Positions 9,898-18,869 of a stretch of DNA of 64,000 nt are shown in pieces; positions within the stretch are counted from its first letter, which is position 1; every line of letters starts with the position of its first letter. The notes beneath the pieces are model-generated. The model was not told the DNA's origin and ran no database searches. It saw only the letters and a list, made by a program, of their open reading frames with translations. Both the position numbers and the translations under genes were made by a program. Source of the stretch: Alphaproteobacteria bacterium (lineage in GTDB: Bacteria; Pseudomonadota; Alphaproteobacteria; UBA9219); the NCBI GenBank assembly GCA_041908065.1, contig JAYRGC010000028.1, positions 8,206-72,205 on the forward strand, in the 5' to 3' direction.

Positions 9898-9965
9898 ACA
9901 CTACATCTTGTGGTTTGGGGCGATTTCAGACGCAATATATGCTCACATATGAAGATTCGTGTCAA
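9898..9965 (-). promoter_or_regulatory. candidate nrdD promoter with two NrdR-box-like palindromes
   Basis: -35 TTGACA (9960-9965, minus strand) with an AT-rich CATATATT -10 region 18-20 nt downstream. Box-like 16-mers ACACTACATCTTGTGG (9898-9913) and ACGCAATATATGCTCA (9930-9945) lie about 32 bp centre to centre. Confidence 0.45.
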
Positions 9966-10071
9966 GAGCTATGCGAAAAAATCCTGTTGATAAAATCGGC
10001 GCGATGCCGCAACGCATCGGCTAATTATCGGGATTAATGCGTATTTTTGGCGTCGCCAAAATCGCTGCGAT

Positions 10072-10791
10072 TTATCTCAAGTCCCAAGCGGAGACGCGAG
10101 GTATTGACGCAGGATCGTTCCGTCTAACCTCAGGCAAGCGGTCGATGATCGCGGATATTTCATTGCGCGATTTTGCTGGCAACGCCCCCAACCAATCTTT
10201 GATCACCGTCAAGACAGTTTCCGTTTGAGGTTTAGGGTATTCACCGTCAAAAAATTCTTTCCCAAGGAAATGCTCTACCCTCTCCGCCAGTGGCGGCAGT
10301 TTTTCTCCGGTTTCCCGCCGCATTGCCGCTTCTATGTCCACCGAGACTTCTCTTGAAATTGCGTATAAAAATTCCCCGAATCTGTGTGCGTCGACCAATC
10401 TATTGTGCTGATCATCGGCGTCTTGATTCGGCCAAGGATGCCCTTCGACCTCAGAGATCCTCGCTCCCAAATAAAGCGACACGGCCTCTCTGTACAATTT
10501 CTTGGAGCTGCTCGTCGCTGTCAGCACTTCAATCGCATTGGGAAAAGTGTGGGATTTTTTATGATGCCCTCGCTTCATGATTCCCTTGTCGTCGATGGCA
10601 TCGACCGACAACAGCCCCATGGCAAGGTCCTCCAAAGAAGACATCATGTCTTCGGCAGCCCCCTTAATCAGGAAGTTTGAATATTCCGCCACATCGTTCC
10701 ATCCGGAGTTTTTTAATTTTCCTATTCTCTTAAAAACGCTCACTTTATTCCCCCTAAACTTTGAAAACACCGCCGATGGTATAGCACGCAT
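10072..10791 (-). CDS. hypothetical protein (orphan, AT-richer than its neighbours)
   Basis: 239-codon ORF filling the nrdD-acs gap. No family recognised. Contains NRLVDAHRF (Rx4H). Confidence 0.5.
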   Translation of the reverse strand: MRAIPSAVFSKFRGNKVSVFKRIGKLKNSGWNDVAEYSNFLIKGAAEDMMSSLEDLAMGLLSVDAIDDKGIMKRGHHKKSHTFPNAIEVLTATSSSKKLYREAVSLYLGARISEVEGHPWPNQDADDQHNRLVDAHRFGEFLYAISREVSVDIEAAMRRETGEKLPPLAERVEHFLGKEFFDGEYPKPQTETVLTVIKDWLGALPAKSRNEISAIIDRLPEVRRNDPASIPRVSAWDLR

Positions 10792-10926
10792 TGCCGGAAA
10801 AATGAATTATTTTCACCTTATTATTACAGCCATAGACAGCGCATCATGACTATGGCGAATCGTTGCGCTTTCGGCGACTATTGACGTTATCGAGCCGAGA
10901 TTAACCATCCCCAAGGAGCGTTAACC

Positions 10927-12849
10927 ATGCCGATTATTCCGGTTCCAGAAAATCTTTCCGCCGACGCATGGATCGATGCCGGACGATATGCCGCGCTTTA
11001 TCAGAAATCGCTGTCGGATCCCGACGCTTTTTGGGGAGAGCAAGGCAAACGGCTGGATTGGATAACGCCCTATACCAAGGTCAAAAACGCCTCCTTCGCG
11101 GGCGACGTTTCCATAAAATGGTACGAGGACGGGCGGCTTAACGCCTCGGCCAACTGCATCGACCGCCACCTGCCCGCCCGCGCTTCGCAAACCGCCATCA
11201 TCTGGGAGGGGGACAGTCCGTCCGAATCCCGCCATATCAGCTATGCCGAATTGCATTCCGAGACTTGCCGCTTGGCCAATGTATTGAAATCGCGGGGCGT
11301 AAAAAAGGGCGATCGCGTCACCATATATATGCCGATGGTTCCCGAAGCCGCGTTCGCCATGCTGGCTTGCGCCCGCATCGGCGCGCCGCATTCGGTGGTG
11401 TTCGGGGGATTCTCCTCGGACAGCCTTAAGGACAGAATCCTCGACTGCGATTCCAAGGTGGTGATCACGGCGGACGAAGGGATTCGCGCAGGACGGAAGA
11501 TTCCGCTGAAGGCCAATACCGATGCCGCCCTGAAATCCTGCCCCTCCGTCGACACGGTGATAGTGGTTCGCCGCACCGGAGGACGGGTGGGATGGAACGA
11601 AGGGCGCGATCTTTGGTATCACGAAGCATGTTCGGCGGCGGCGGCGGATTGCCCTCCGGAGGCCATGGGGGCGGAGGATCCGCTGTTCATCCTCTATACC
11701 TCCGGCTCGACCGGAAAGCCCAAGGGGCTGATGCACACCACCGGCGGATATATGGTGTTCGCCTCTCTCACCCATCAATGGGTTTTCGACTACCACGAAG
11801 GGGAAGTGTACTGGTGCACGGCTGACGTGGGTTGGATAACGGGACACAGCTATATCGTTTACGGCCCGCTGGCCAACGGAGCCACAACGCTGATGTTCGA
11901 AGGCACGCCCAACTATCCCGACAGCTCGCGTTTCTGGCAGGTGGTGGATCGCCATAAGGTGAATATTTTCTATACCGCCCCCACAGCCATACGCGCCCTG
12001 ATGCGCGAAGGCGAGATGCCGGTGCGTTGCACTAGCCGCAAAAGCCTGCGTTTGTTGGGTTCGGTGGGCGAGCCGATAAACCCCGAGGCGTGGCTGTGGT
12101 ACCACAGGGTGGTAGGAGAAGAACGCTGTCCCGTCATCGATACTTGGTGGCAAACCGAAACCGGAGGCCACATGATAACCCCTTTGCCAGGGGCTATCGG
12201 ATTAAAGCCGGGTTCGGCCACCTTCCCCTTTTTCGGCGTGCAACCAATAGTGGTGGACAACGACGGCAACCGCTTGGAAGGCGAATGCGAGGGTAACCTC
12301 TGCATCGCCGAAAGCTGGCCCGGGCAGGCGCGGACAATCTATGGCGACCATGAGCGTTTCGTTCAAACCTATTTCTCGATGTACGCGGGCAAATACTTCA
12401 CCGGAGACGGATGCCGCCGCGACGCCGACGGATATTACTGGATAACCGGAAGGGTGGACGACGTGATCAACGTGGCCGGACACCGTTTCAGCACCGCCGA
12501 GATCGAAAGCGCGTTGGTGGCGCATCAGGCGGTGGCCGAAGCCGCAGTGGTGGGCTATCCCCACGACATCAAGGGTCAAGGCATATACGCCTATGTGACG
12601 CTGACGGCGGACGCCAAGCCGTCGGAGGAGCTGCGAAAGGAGCTGGTAAGCTGGGTGCGCCAAGCCATCGGGGCTATCGCCACGCCGGACGCGATCCAAT
12701 GGGCTCCCGGGCTGCCCAAAACCCGCTCCGGCAAGATTATGCGCCGCATCTTGCGTAAAATCGCCGCGCACGAGGTGGAAAATCTGGGGGACACTTCCAC
12801 GCTCGCCGATCCGGCGGTGGTCGAGGAGTTGATAAGAAATCGGGCATGA
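10927..12849 (+). CDS. acs: acetyl-CoA synthetase (acetate--CoA ligase)
   Basis: 640 aa, AMP-binding motif [12 protein letters not shown]-terminal [17 protein letters not shown], typical Acs N-terminus. Confidence 0.95.
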   Translation: MPIIPVPENLSADAWIDAGRYAALYQKSLSDPDAFWGEQGKRLDWITPYTKVKNASFAGDVSIKWYEDGRLNASANCIDRHLPARASQTAIIWEGDSPSESRHISYAELHSETCRLANVLKSRGVKKGDRVTIYMPMVPEAAFAMLACARIGAPHSVVFGGFSSDSLKDRILDCDSKVVITADEGIRAGRKIPLKANTDAALKSCPSVDTVIVVRRTGGRVGWNEGRDLWYHEACSAAAADCPPEAMGAEDPLFILYTSGSTGKPKGLMHTTGGYMVFASLTHQWVFDYHEGEVYWCTADVGWITGHSYIVYGPLANGATTLMFEGTPNYPDSSRFWQVVDRHKVNIFYTAPTAIRALMREGEMPVRCTSRKSLRLLGSVGEPINPEAWLWYHRVVGEERCPVIDTWWQTETGGHMITPLPGAIGLKPGSATFPFFGVQPIVVDNDGNRLEGECEGNLCIAESWPGQARTIYGDHERFVQTYFSMYAGKYFTGDGCRRDADGYYWITGRVDDVINVAGHRFSTAEIESALVAHQAVAEAAVVGYPHDIKGQGIYAYVTLTADAKPSEELRKELVSWVRQAIGAIATPDAIQWAPGLPKTRSGKIMRRILRKIAAHEVENLGDTSTLADPAVVEELIRNRA

Positions 12850-12923
12850 ATCAGACTCCACAACGGCTTTGCAATATGTTAGGACGCTGCGGCGGCCAAA
12901 TCGCCGCTTTGCGGAAATCCGCT

Positions 12924-12997
12924 TGGGGGATCGTCTAGCGGTAGGACAACAGATTCTGACTCTGTTTACCGTGGTTCGAATCCACGTCCCCCAGCCA
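12924..12997 (+). tRNA. tRNA-Gln (anticodon CTG)
   Basis: Cloverleaf by eye: acceptor TGGGGGA/TCCCCCA, anticodon loop TTCTGAC, T-arm CGTGGTTCGAATCCACG, encoded CCA. Confidence 0.9.
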
Positions 12998-13066
12998 ATA
13001 TCTTTTACCTTTCTGGTTCGATTGCCGTTCGATTCTTGCGCCGATAATCCGATTATCGGCTTGGAA

Positions 13067-14098
13067 ATGGGGGAAAAAATGTCGATCCTTGTCGATTGGT
13101 GGTTCGGGATAAACCGCAAGATATTGCAGTCGCTTCCTCAGGATAGGACGACGCAGGATCTGGCGACTCAGCTTATGATCGGGGCCAGAGGCGTGAAGGA
13201 CGAATTCAAAGGCCACGCCAGAATGGTTCTTTTCCGCCGCGACGGCCATCGCTTTTTGGCCAATGTCGCGAAAATATGGGCGATATTCACAAGATCCGCC
13301 TACAAGGCCTCGGCGGCGGCGTACACCGTGTTCCGCGAATACGAAAGATTGAAGGCTTTTCCGACTTGCCACGAAGAAGGCCAACGCCCGCGCTGGGCGG
13401 TGAACACCTGCGTGGATTCCAGGGTGCGCGCTATCGACAGGATGGCTCTGGTTTCCGGCGATGGGCTTATCAAAAAAGACGTGGGGGCCACCCTGCACAG
13501 CGCAGGTCGCGATCAACGTCAATTGTCGGAAGAAGCCAAAAGATGGCTGGCTCTTTCTTCCCAAAAAGGCAAAAGCGTCGACGCCATAATCCTCAGCAGC
13601 CACGGGGACTGCGGATATATACGGAAAGTCAGCGGCGAAGGGGCGAATTCCTCTCCCGACGATCCGGCGGCGCGATTGCTTGACGGAATTTCGACTGCGG
13701 ATTCTTTCCTATTGGACAAGATCAGGGAAAAAGGAGTCGATTTTTATAGAAACAAGATACGCAGGACGCCCAAAGCCGACGATACCGAGCTGTCCAGACT
13801 TCAGGACGCTTTGGAAATAGCCGGATTGCTTCATGGATGCGACTTGGTTCTGAGTTATCTGCGGGACGAATTGAAGGCCGACATTCCCGTCTATTGCGTC
13901 CACTTCGGCGTAAGCGGAGGAAATCCCCATCTGTTCCTGCCGAAACGCCCGTTCGTCGCCAACGACGAAGATGAAACGGCGATAAGGCTCACCAACTATT
14001 CGCGCAGGCTTCACGATAGGGATCACGGCATCGTCAACCTGCATCGCCCCCCTTGTTGCGAACATCATCAGTCCGAGGAAAACCGAAAGGCCGGATGA
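13067..14098 (+). CDS. hypothetical protein with beta-carbonic-anhydrase-like zinc-site motifs
   Basis: CVDSRV (13409..), SGDGLIKKDVGA and ILSSHGDCG (13601..) have the order and spacing of beta-CA CxDxR ... GDxFVxRNAG ... HxxCG. The start is trimmed to ATG 13067 to clear tRNA-Gln. Confidence 0.5.
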   Translation: MGEKMSILVDWWFGINRKILQSLPQDRTTQDLATQLMIGARGVKDEFKGHARMVLFRRDGHRFLANVAKIWAIFTRSAYKASAAAYTVFREYERLKAFPTCHEEGQRPRWAVNTCVDSRVRAIDRMALVSGDGLIKKDVGATLHSAGRDQRQLSEEAKRWLALSSQKGKSVDAIILSSHGDCGYIRKVSGEGANSSPDDPAARLLDGISTADSFLLDKIREKGVDFYRNKIRRTPKADDTELSRLQDALEIAGLLHGCDLVLSYLRDELKADIPVYCVHFGVSGGNPHLFLPKRPFVANDEDETAIRLTNYSRRLHDRDHGIVNLHRPPCCEHHQSEENRKAG

Positions 14099-14167
14099 CC
14101 ATTCAGGCTCTTTGGATGATTTGACCGCCAATAGAATCAGCAACCACCGTCATCATCGAAGTTACAC

Positions 14168-14229
14168 CCAAAGGCAGTTCGTCATTGCGAGCCGCCAAGG
14201 GGCGGCTCGCAATGACGAACTGCCTTTGG
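14168..14229. repeat. perfect 29-bp-stem / 4-nt-loop inverted repeat between convergent genes
   Basis: CCAAAGGCAGTTCGTCATTGCGAGCCGCC aagg GGCGGCTCGCAATGACGAACTGCCTTTGG. No flanking T-tract. Confidence 0.9.
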
Positions 14230-14273
14230 CCGCGCCACCCGTTTGGCATAAGAGCCATATTTATCTTCACCAG

Positions 14274-15062
14274 TCACGCCCCGCCCTTTCGGGGGACGCG
14301 GGACAGCATCGGCTCGGACAGCCATTGCGGAAGCAGCGACAACCCCATGACGGCGGCGTACATCGGCCAAGGGAAGGCTATGCGGGCGCGGCGGCCTTCC
14401 AAACCTTTGCGGATTATCGCGGCGGCCTTTTCGACTGGCATCAAAAACGGCATATGAAAACGGTTAACGTCCGTCATAGGGGTGCGGATGAATCCGGGGC
14501 AGATGACGCTTACCGCCACACCTTCCGGAGCCAACAACTGCCGCAGACCTTCGCCATATACCCGAACGGCGGCTTTGCTGGCGCAATAGGCGGGGGATCC
14601 GGCAAAGCCGTGGAATCCAGCCAAAGAACTCATGATCGCGATCTGGCCGCGCTGCCTGCTCGTCATCAACGGAATCGCCGGATCGACGGCGTTTAAAACT
14701 CCGTCCACGTTGACGGCCATTATGTTTCTTATTTGCTCTTCGCTTTCGCGTCCGCCTCCGGTTCCCGCCGAGATTCCGGCGTTGGCGATGACCAGATCCA
14801 ACGGGGCAGCGGCGTCGCGTTCGCCCAGCCATTCCTTCATATCCGAAGCATCCCGCACGTCGCCGGACTTGACCGACACTCCGGCTGCTCCGCGTCTCGC
14901 CGCCTTCTCCGCCACCTCGGCGAGGCGAACGGCGTCGCGGCCATGCAGCGACAACCTCGCGCCCTCGGCGGCATAAACTTCGGCCAACGCCGCGCCGATG
15001 CCGCTGGAGGCTCCCGTTATCAGAACGTGACGCACGGGAGCCGCCGCCGCTCCGGCGTTCAT
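14274..15062 (-). CDS. short-chain dehydrogenase/reductase (SDR)
   Basis: TGASSGIGAAL, NAG, YCASKAA (YxxxK). The ATG overlaps the gap stop (ATGA). Confidence 0.85.
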   Translation of the reverse strand: MNAGAAAAPVRHVLITGASSGIGAALAEVYAAEGARLSLHGRDAVRLAEVAEKAARRGAAGVSVKSGDVRDASDMKEWLGERDAAAPLDLVIANAGISAGTGGGRESEEQIRNIMAVNVDGVLNAVDPAIPLMTSRQRGQIAIMSSLAGFHGFAGSPAYCASKAAVRVYGEGLRQLLAPEGVAVSVICPGFIRTPMTDVNRFHMPFLMPVEKAAAIIRKGLEGRRARIAFPWPMYAAVMGLSLLPQWLSEPMLSRVPRKGGA

Positions 15063-16069
15063 TTTGCCGCCATCATCGCCACCGCCGTGTCGTGCATGCG
15101 GTTGGAAAATCCCCATTCGTTGTCGTACCAAGTCAGGATGCGGACGAACGTGCCGCCGATGACCTTGGTTTCGTTCAACGCGAAGATGGAGGAACGCTTG
15201 TCGTGGTTGAAATCGGTCGAAACCAACGCTTCGTCATAAGCCCCCAGCACGCCCTTCAACGAACCGGCGGCCGCCGCCATGCTGATGGCTTGGTTTATCT
15301 CCTCCGCCGAAGTCGGGCGTTTGGCGACGAACTTGAAATCCACCACCGAGACGTTGGGGGTGGGAACGCGCATCGCCGTGCCGTCCAGCTTGCCCTTCAA
15401 GGCCGGCAACACCTTGCCCACGGCCTTGGCCGCTCCGGTCGAGGTGGGGATCATGTTGATGGCCGAAGCGCGGGCGCGGTGCAAATCCTTGTGCGCCGTG
15501 TCGACCACGCGCTGGTCGCCGGTATAGGAATGGATGGTCGTCATAAAACCGTGTTCGATGCCGACGGCGTTATTCAGCACGAACGCGACCGGGGCCAAAC
15601 AATTGGTGGTGCATGAAGCGTTGGAAACGATTTTATGCTCGGCTTTCAGTTCCTGATGGTTCACGCCGTAGACGACAGTGATGTCCTCGTCGGTGGCGGG
15701 GGCTGAGATGAGAACCTTCTTGGCTCCGGCAACCAGATGTTTTTCGGCGTCGGCGCGGGCGGTGAATCGCCCCGAGCATTCGAAAGCCACGTCTACGCCC
15801 AAATCGCTCCACCCCAGCTTGGCCGGATCGCTGACTTGCAGAACCTTGACCCGATGGCCGTCGATAATCATGTCGTTTCCGGCCAAGTCAACCTGCCCGC
15901 CGAAACGGCCATGCACGGAATCGTATTTCAAAAGGTGGGCGTTGGTGGGAGTGTCGGTCAAATCGTTGATGGCGACGATCTCCACGTCCTTGCGTCCGGA
16001 TTCGAACAATGCCCGCAAAACCAGCCGCCCGATGCGACCGAAACCGTTGATGCCAACCCGCACAGTCAT
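15059..16069 (-). CDS. gap: type I glyceraldehyde-3-phosphate dehydrogenase
   Basis: INGFGRIGR NAD motif and active site SNASCTTNCLAP, 336 aa. Confidence 0.95.
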   Translation of the reverse strand: MTVRVGINGFGRIGRLVLRALFESGRKDVEIVAINDLTDTPTNAHLLKYDSVHGRFGGQVDLAGNDMIIDGHRVKVLQVSDPAKLGWSDLGVDVAFECSGRFTARADAEKHLVAGAKKVLISAPATDEDITVVYGVNHQELKAEHKIVSNASCTTNCLAPVAFVLNNAVGIEHGFMTTIHSYTGDQRVVDTAHKDLHRARASAINMIPTSTGAAKAVGKVLPALKGKLDGTAMRVPTPNVSVVDFKFVAKRPTSAEEINQAISMAAAAGSLKGVLGAYDEALVSTDFNHDKRSSIFALNETKVIGGTFVRILTWYDNEWGFSNRMHDTAVAMMAAK

Positions 16070-16261
16070 GGCTTGCTCCGTTGTTTTTGGGTTATCCCGT
16101 TTTATGCCTAAACACCCGTAGGCTAATTGGCGGCGATTTTATGCGGCATTTAGCCTCGTGTATACGGCAAGTTTGCGCCCGCAAAATCATTTTGCCGCGA
16201 ATTGTTTTTCCCTCTTGTGTTTTTACGCGTTTTCGGCGAAATTGCGCCTCCTCGGACGTGT

Positions 16262-16337
16262 GGGGCCATAGCTCAGCTGGGAGAGCGCGACAATGGCATT
16301 GTCGAGGTCAGGGGTTCGATCCCCCTTGGCTCCACCA
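16262..16337 (+). tRNA. tRNA-Ala (anticodon GGC)
   Basis: Acceptor GGGGCCA/TGGCTCC with G3:U70, anticodon loop ATGGCAT, T-arm AGGGGTTCGATCCCCCT, encoded CCA. Confidence 0.9.
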
Positions 16338-16415
16338 TCGAATTTCCGGTTTTTCTCATCCACTGTTCCGCAATGCCATTGTCGTTTAATGGTTCATGCG
16401 CCAAAGGCGCATTGG

Positions 16416-16459
16416 GGCATTGTCGAGGTCAGGGGTTCGATCCCCCTTGGCTCCACCAT
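16416..16459 (+). repeat. exact 44-bp direct copy of the 3' half of tRNA-Ala (att-like)
   Basis: 16416-16459 is identical to 16295-16338 (anticodon loop through CCA+1). A further 13/14 match to the anticodon arm lies at 16371-16384. Confidence 0.9.
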
Positions 16460-16468
16460 TTCTTTAAC

Positions 16469-16495
16469 AACCCACGTCAGCCCGTGGGTTTTTCT
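16469..16495 (+). terminator. rho-independent terminator after the duplicated tRNA 3' half
   Basis: AACCCACG tcagcc CGTGGGTT followed by TTTTC. Confidence 0.7.
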
Positions 16496-16789
16496 TTGTC
16501 CAAGAAGCCAATTACCGCGCTGTTTTGCATGGCGCGTTGTGGACGGTGAGAGTCCGGCGATATGCCTTTTTCTCTCACTTTTGGGGCATTCTCTCACAGC
16601 CTTCGGCTACGTTGCCCACATTCCGTCATCGTTCCAGCGCGTTGATTTTCAAGCCAATCCGCAAGGCGTGTTTTTAACATTCCAAACAATCATCGCCGCA
16701 TAATCTTCAAAATTTTTCGCGGGGTCATCGTCGCTTTTTAAGGCGGCGGCATACCGGACGGGAAGACCAACACAAGAAAGGTTCTTCCC

Positions 16790-16996
16790 ATGACTATCAC
16801 CACCCGTGATCCCGCCGATATGACCGGCCAGGAACGGATGCAGGAAATCGCAGCCATTTTAGCCGCTTGCATCCAAAGAACGATAAAAATGGAGCAAAAA
16901 CAATGCACTAAGGCCGATTTGGGGCCAAATTTGACTGGACTTTCGCCTGAAAGAGAGCGTGTCTGTGACGATACCAAGAAGCGAAACGAAGGTTAA
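16790..16996 (+). CDS. small hypothetical protein upstream of the recombinase module
   Basis: 68-codon ORF with an AAAGG-type RBS. No recognised family. Confidence 0.3.
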   Translation: MTITTRDPADMTGQERMQEIAAILAACIQRTIKMEQKQCTKADLGPNLTGLSPERERVCDDTKKRNEG

Positions 16997-17001
16997 TCAT
17001 T

Positions 17002-17499
17002 ATGACAACAAACATTCTTGCGGAATATGCCGCCCTGAACGCGATGGCCGTCAAAGACCTGCTGGTGGAATGGAACAAGTATTTTGACCGCCCACCGGCA
17101 TCGTACAAAAACAAAACCTACCTTGTGAACCAGATTATCTACCGGATTCAGGAACTGACCTATGGCGGCCTGACCCGGCGCACGATTGACCGGCTGGAAG
17201 CCTTGGCCGAAAGCAAGGCCGCCGACCAGCGCAAAAGCGATCCCAGCCGCTTGGCGGTGGGGACGCGGCTGATGCGCGAAGTCAAGGGCATCGAACATTT
17301 CGTCACGGTGCTGGCCGATGGCTACGAATATCAGGGGGCAAAATACCGGAGCCTTTCAGGGGCGGCTTTTGCCATCACCGGCACGCGCTGGAACGGGAAT
17401 GAATTTTTCGGCCTCGGCAAGAAGCCAGACAGCGAAAAGCGGCCTTATCACCGATCACGAAAATGGCAGGCGGAACAAGCAGAAAGGGCCAAATCATGA
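17002..17499 (+). CDS. DUF2924-like recombinase-associated protein
   Basis: GTRLMREVKGIEHFVTVLADGYEYQGAKYRSLSGAAFAITGTRWNGNEFFGL matches my recollection of DUF2924. Its stop overlaps the recombinase ATG (ATGA). Confidence 0.65.
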   Translation: MTTNILAEYAALNAMAVKDLLVEWNKYFDRPPASYKNKTYLVNQIIYRIQELTYGGLTRRTIDRLEALAESKAADQRKSDPSRLAVGTRLMREVKGIEHFVTVLADGYEYQGAKYRSLSGAAFAITGTRWNGNEFFGLGKKPDSEKRPYHRSRKWQAEQAERAKS

Positions 17500-18869
17500 G
17501 CAACGCGAATTTACCGGAAAAGAAAATCCTGCGCTGCGCGATTTACACCCGCGTGTCCGACGACGAACGGCTGGATCAGGAATTCAGTTCGCTGGATGCC
17601 CAGCGGGAGGCTGGCGAATATCACATCAAGGCGCAAGCCCATGCCGGATGGACGGTGCTGCCGGATCGCTACGACGATGGCGGATTTTCGGCGAAGGATT
17701 TGCACCGCCCAGCGGCGAAGCGGCTTTTACAGGACATCAAGGCTGGAAAGATTGATGTGGTGGTCGTTTACAAGATCGACCGCATGTCCCGCAATATGTT
17801 CGATTTCGTCGATCTGATGAAGCTGTTTGAACAGCACAATGTCACCTTCGTTTCCGTTACCCAGCATTTTAATACTGAAACGGCGATGGGGAAATTGATC
17901 CTGAATATCCTGCAATCCTTCGCGCAGTTTGAACGCGAAATGACCGCCGAACGCATCCGCGACAAATTCGCCGCCTCGAAAATGAAGGGCATGTGGATGG
18001 GTGGCCCGCCGCCGCTGGGTTATGACGTGGCCGACCGCAAACTCATCACCAATCCCAAGGAAGTCGCGCTGGTCAAGCATATCTTTGAACGCTATATCGC
18101 GCTGAAAAGCACCACCTTGCTGATCGACGAACTGAAACGGGACGGCTACCGCACCAAATCCTATATCAGCCGAACACAACGGCCTGTCGGCGGTCAGATA
18201 TTTTCCAGCAATGTTGTGCTGACGATGTTGCGGAACCGACTTTACATTGGAGAAGTTCACCACAGGGGCAAATACTACCCCGGCCAGCACAAGGCGATCA
18301 TTTCCCGTGCCGTGTTCGATCAGGCGCAGGAAATCCTGAACGAAAATGGCAACGTCAAGCGCAAGCGCACCTGGACGATCAAATCAAAGGCCATGCTGAA
18401 AGGGCTGCTTGTCTGCGGTGGGTGTGAAGCTGCGATGTCCCCCACGCACACGCGCAAAGGCAACAAGGATTATTGCTATTACATGACGAATGGCTACCGC
18501 CGTAATCTTTGCGAAGGCTGCCCCAACAGCCGTGTCCCCGCTGGGGAACTGGAAGCGGTGGTCAGCGGCCAGCTTAAAGCTATTCTGGCTTCGCCGCAGA
18601 TAGTCGTTGAAACGTGGCGCAAGCTGAAAACGCGCAACCCGGCCTATCAGGAAAGCGATCTTCACGATGCCATGCGGGATTTGAACAGCGTGTGGGACAG
18701 CCTGTTCCTCGAAGAACGCAAGCGCATCACCACGCTTCTGATCGACCGGGTGGTCATGCGGCCTACCGGGATCGACATCGAATACCGCGCCGATGGATTT
18801 GAGAAAATCATCGACAATCTGCAAGCAAAAGTGAACGCCAATCAGCAAATAAGGGTCGCATCAAAATGA
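17496..18869 (+). CDS. large serine recombinase (phage-integrase type)
   Basis: Resolvase-type N-domain (AIYTRVSD catalytic Ser, DRMSRN), recombinase domain, zinc ribbon CGGCEAAMSP..CYYMTNGYRRNLCEGC, C-terminal coiled coil. Confidence 0.9.
   Translation: MSNANLPEKKILRCAIYTRVSDDERLDQEFSSLDAQREAGEYHIKAQAHAGWTVLPDRYDDGGFSAKDLHRPAAKRLLQDIKAGKIDVVVVYKIDRMSRNMFDFVDLMKLFEQHNVTFVSVTQHFNTETAMGKLILNILQSFAQFEREMTAERIRDKFAASKMKGMWMGGPPPLGYDVADRKLITNPKEVALVKHIFERYIALKSTTLLIDELKRDGYRTKSYISRTQRPVGGQIFSSNVVLTMLRNRLYIGEVHHRGKYYPGQHKAIISRAVFDQAQEILNENGNVKRKRTWTIKSKAMLKGLLVCGGCEAAMSPTHTRKGNKDYCYYMTNGYRRNLCEGCPNSRVPAGELEAVVSGQLKAILASPQIVVETWRKLKTRNPAYQESDLHDAMRDLNSVWDSLFLEERKRITTLLIDRVVMRPTGIDIEYRADGFEKIIDNLQAKVNANQQIRVASK

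Noticed and set aside
9768-10070. Possible cobalamin riboswitch in the nrdD leader
   Set aside because: I could not find a B12-box-like sequence or the conserved helices. The leader downstream of the putative promoter is only ~130-170 nt, and NrdR-type boxes explain the region better.
10921-12171. 416-codon ORF on the - strand opposite acs
   Set aside because: A shadow ORF of the highly conserved acs gene, with the same compositional signature and no recognisable domain.
12869-13066. N-terminal 66 codons of ORF 12869-14098
   Set aside because: This extension runs straight through tRNA-Gln (12924-12997). The gene start was moved to ATG 13067.
14112-14696. ORFs 14112-14696, 14182-14370 and 14185-14457
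   Set aside because: They start in or read through the 62-nt palindrome and then run antisense or out of frame to the SDR gene. They are artefacts of the hairpin and the GC-rich shadow frames.
16202-16703. ORFs 16202-16549 and 16293-16703 with a repeated GIVEVRGSIPLGST peptide
   Set aside because: The repeated peptide is just the translation of tRNA-Ala and its duplicated 3' half. These are not protein genes.
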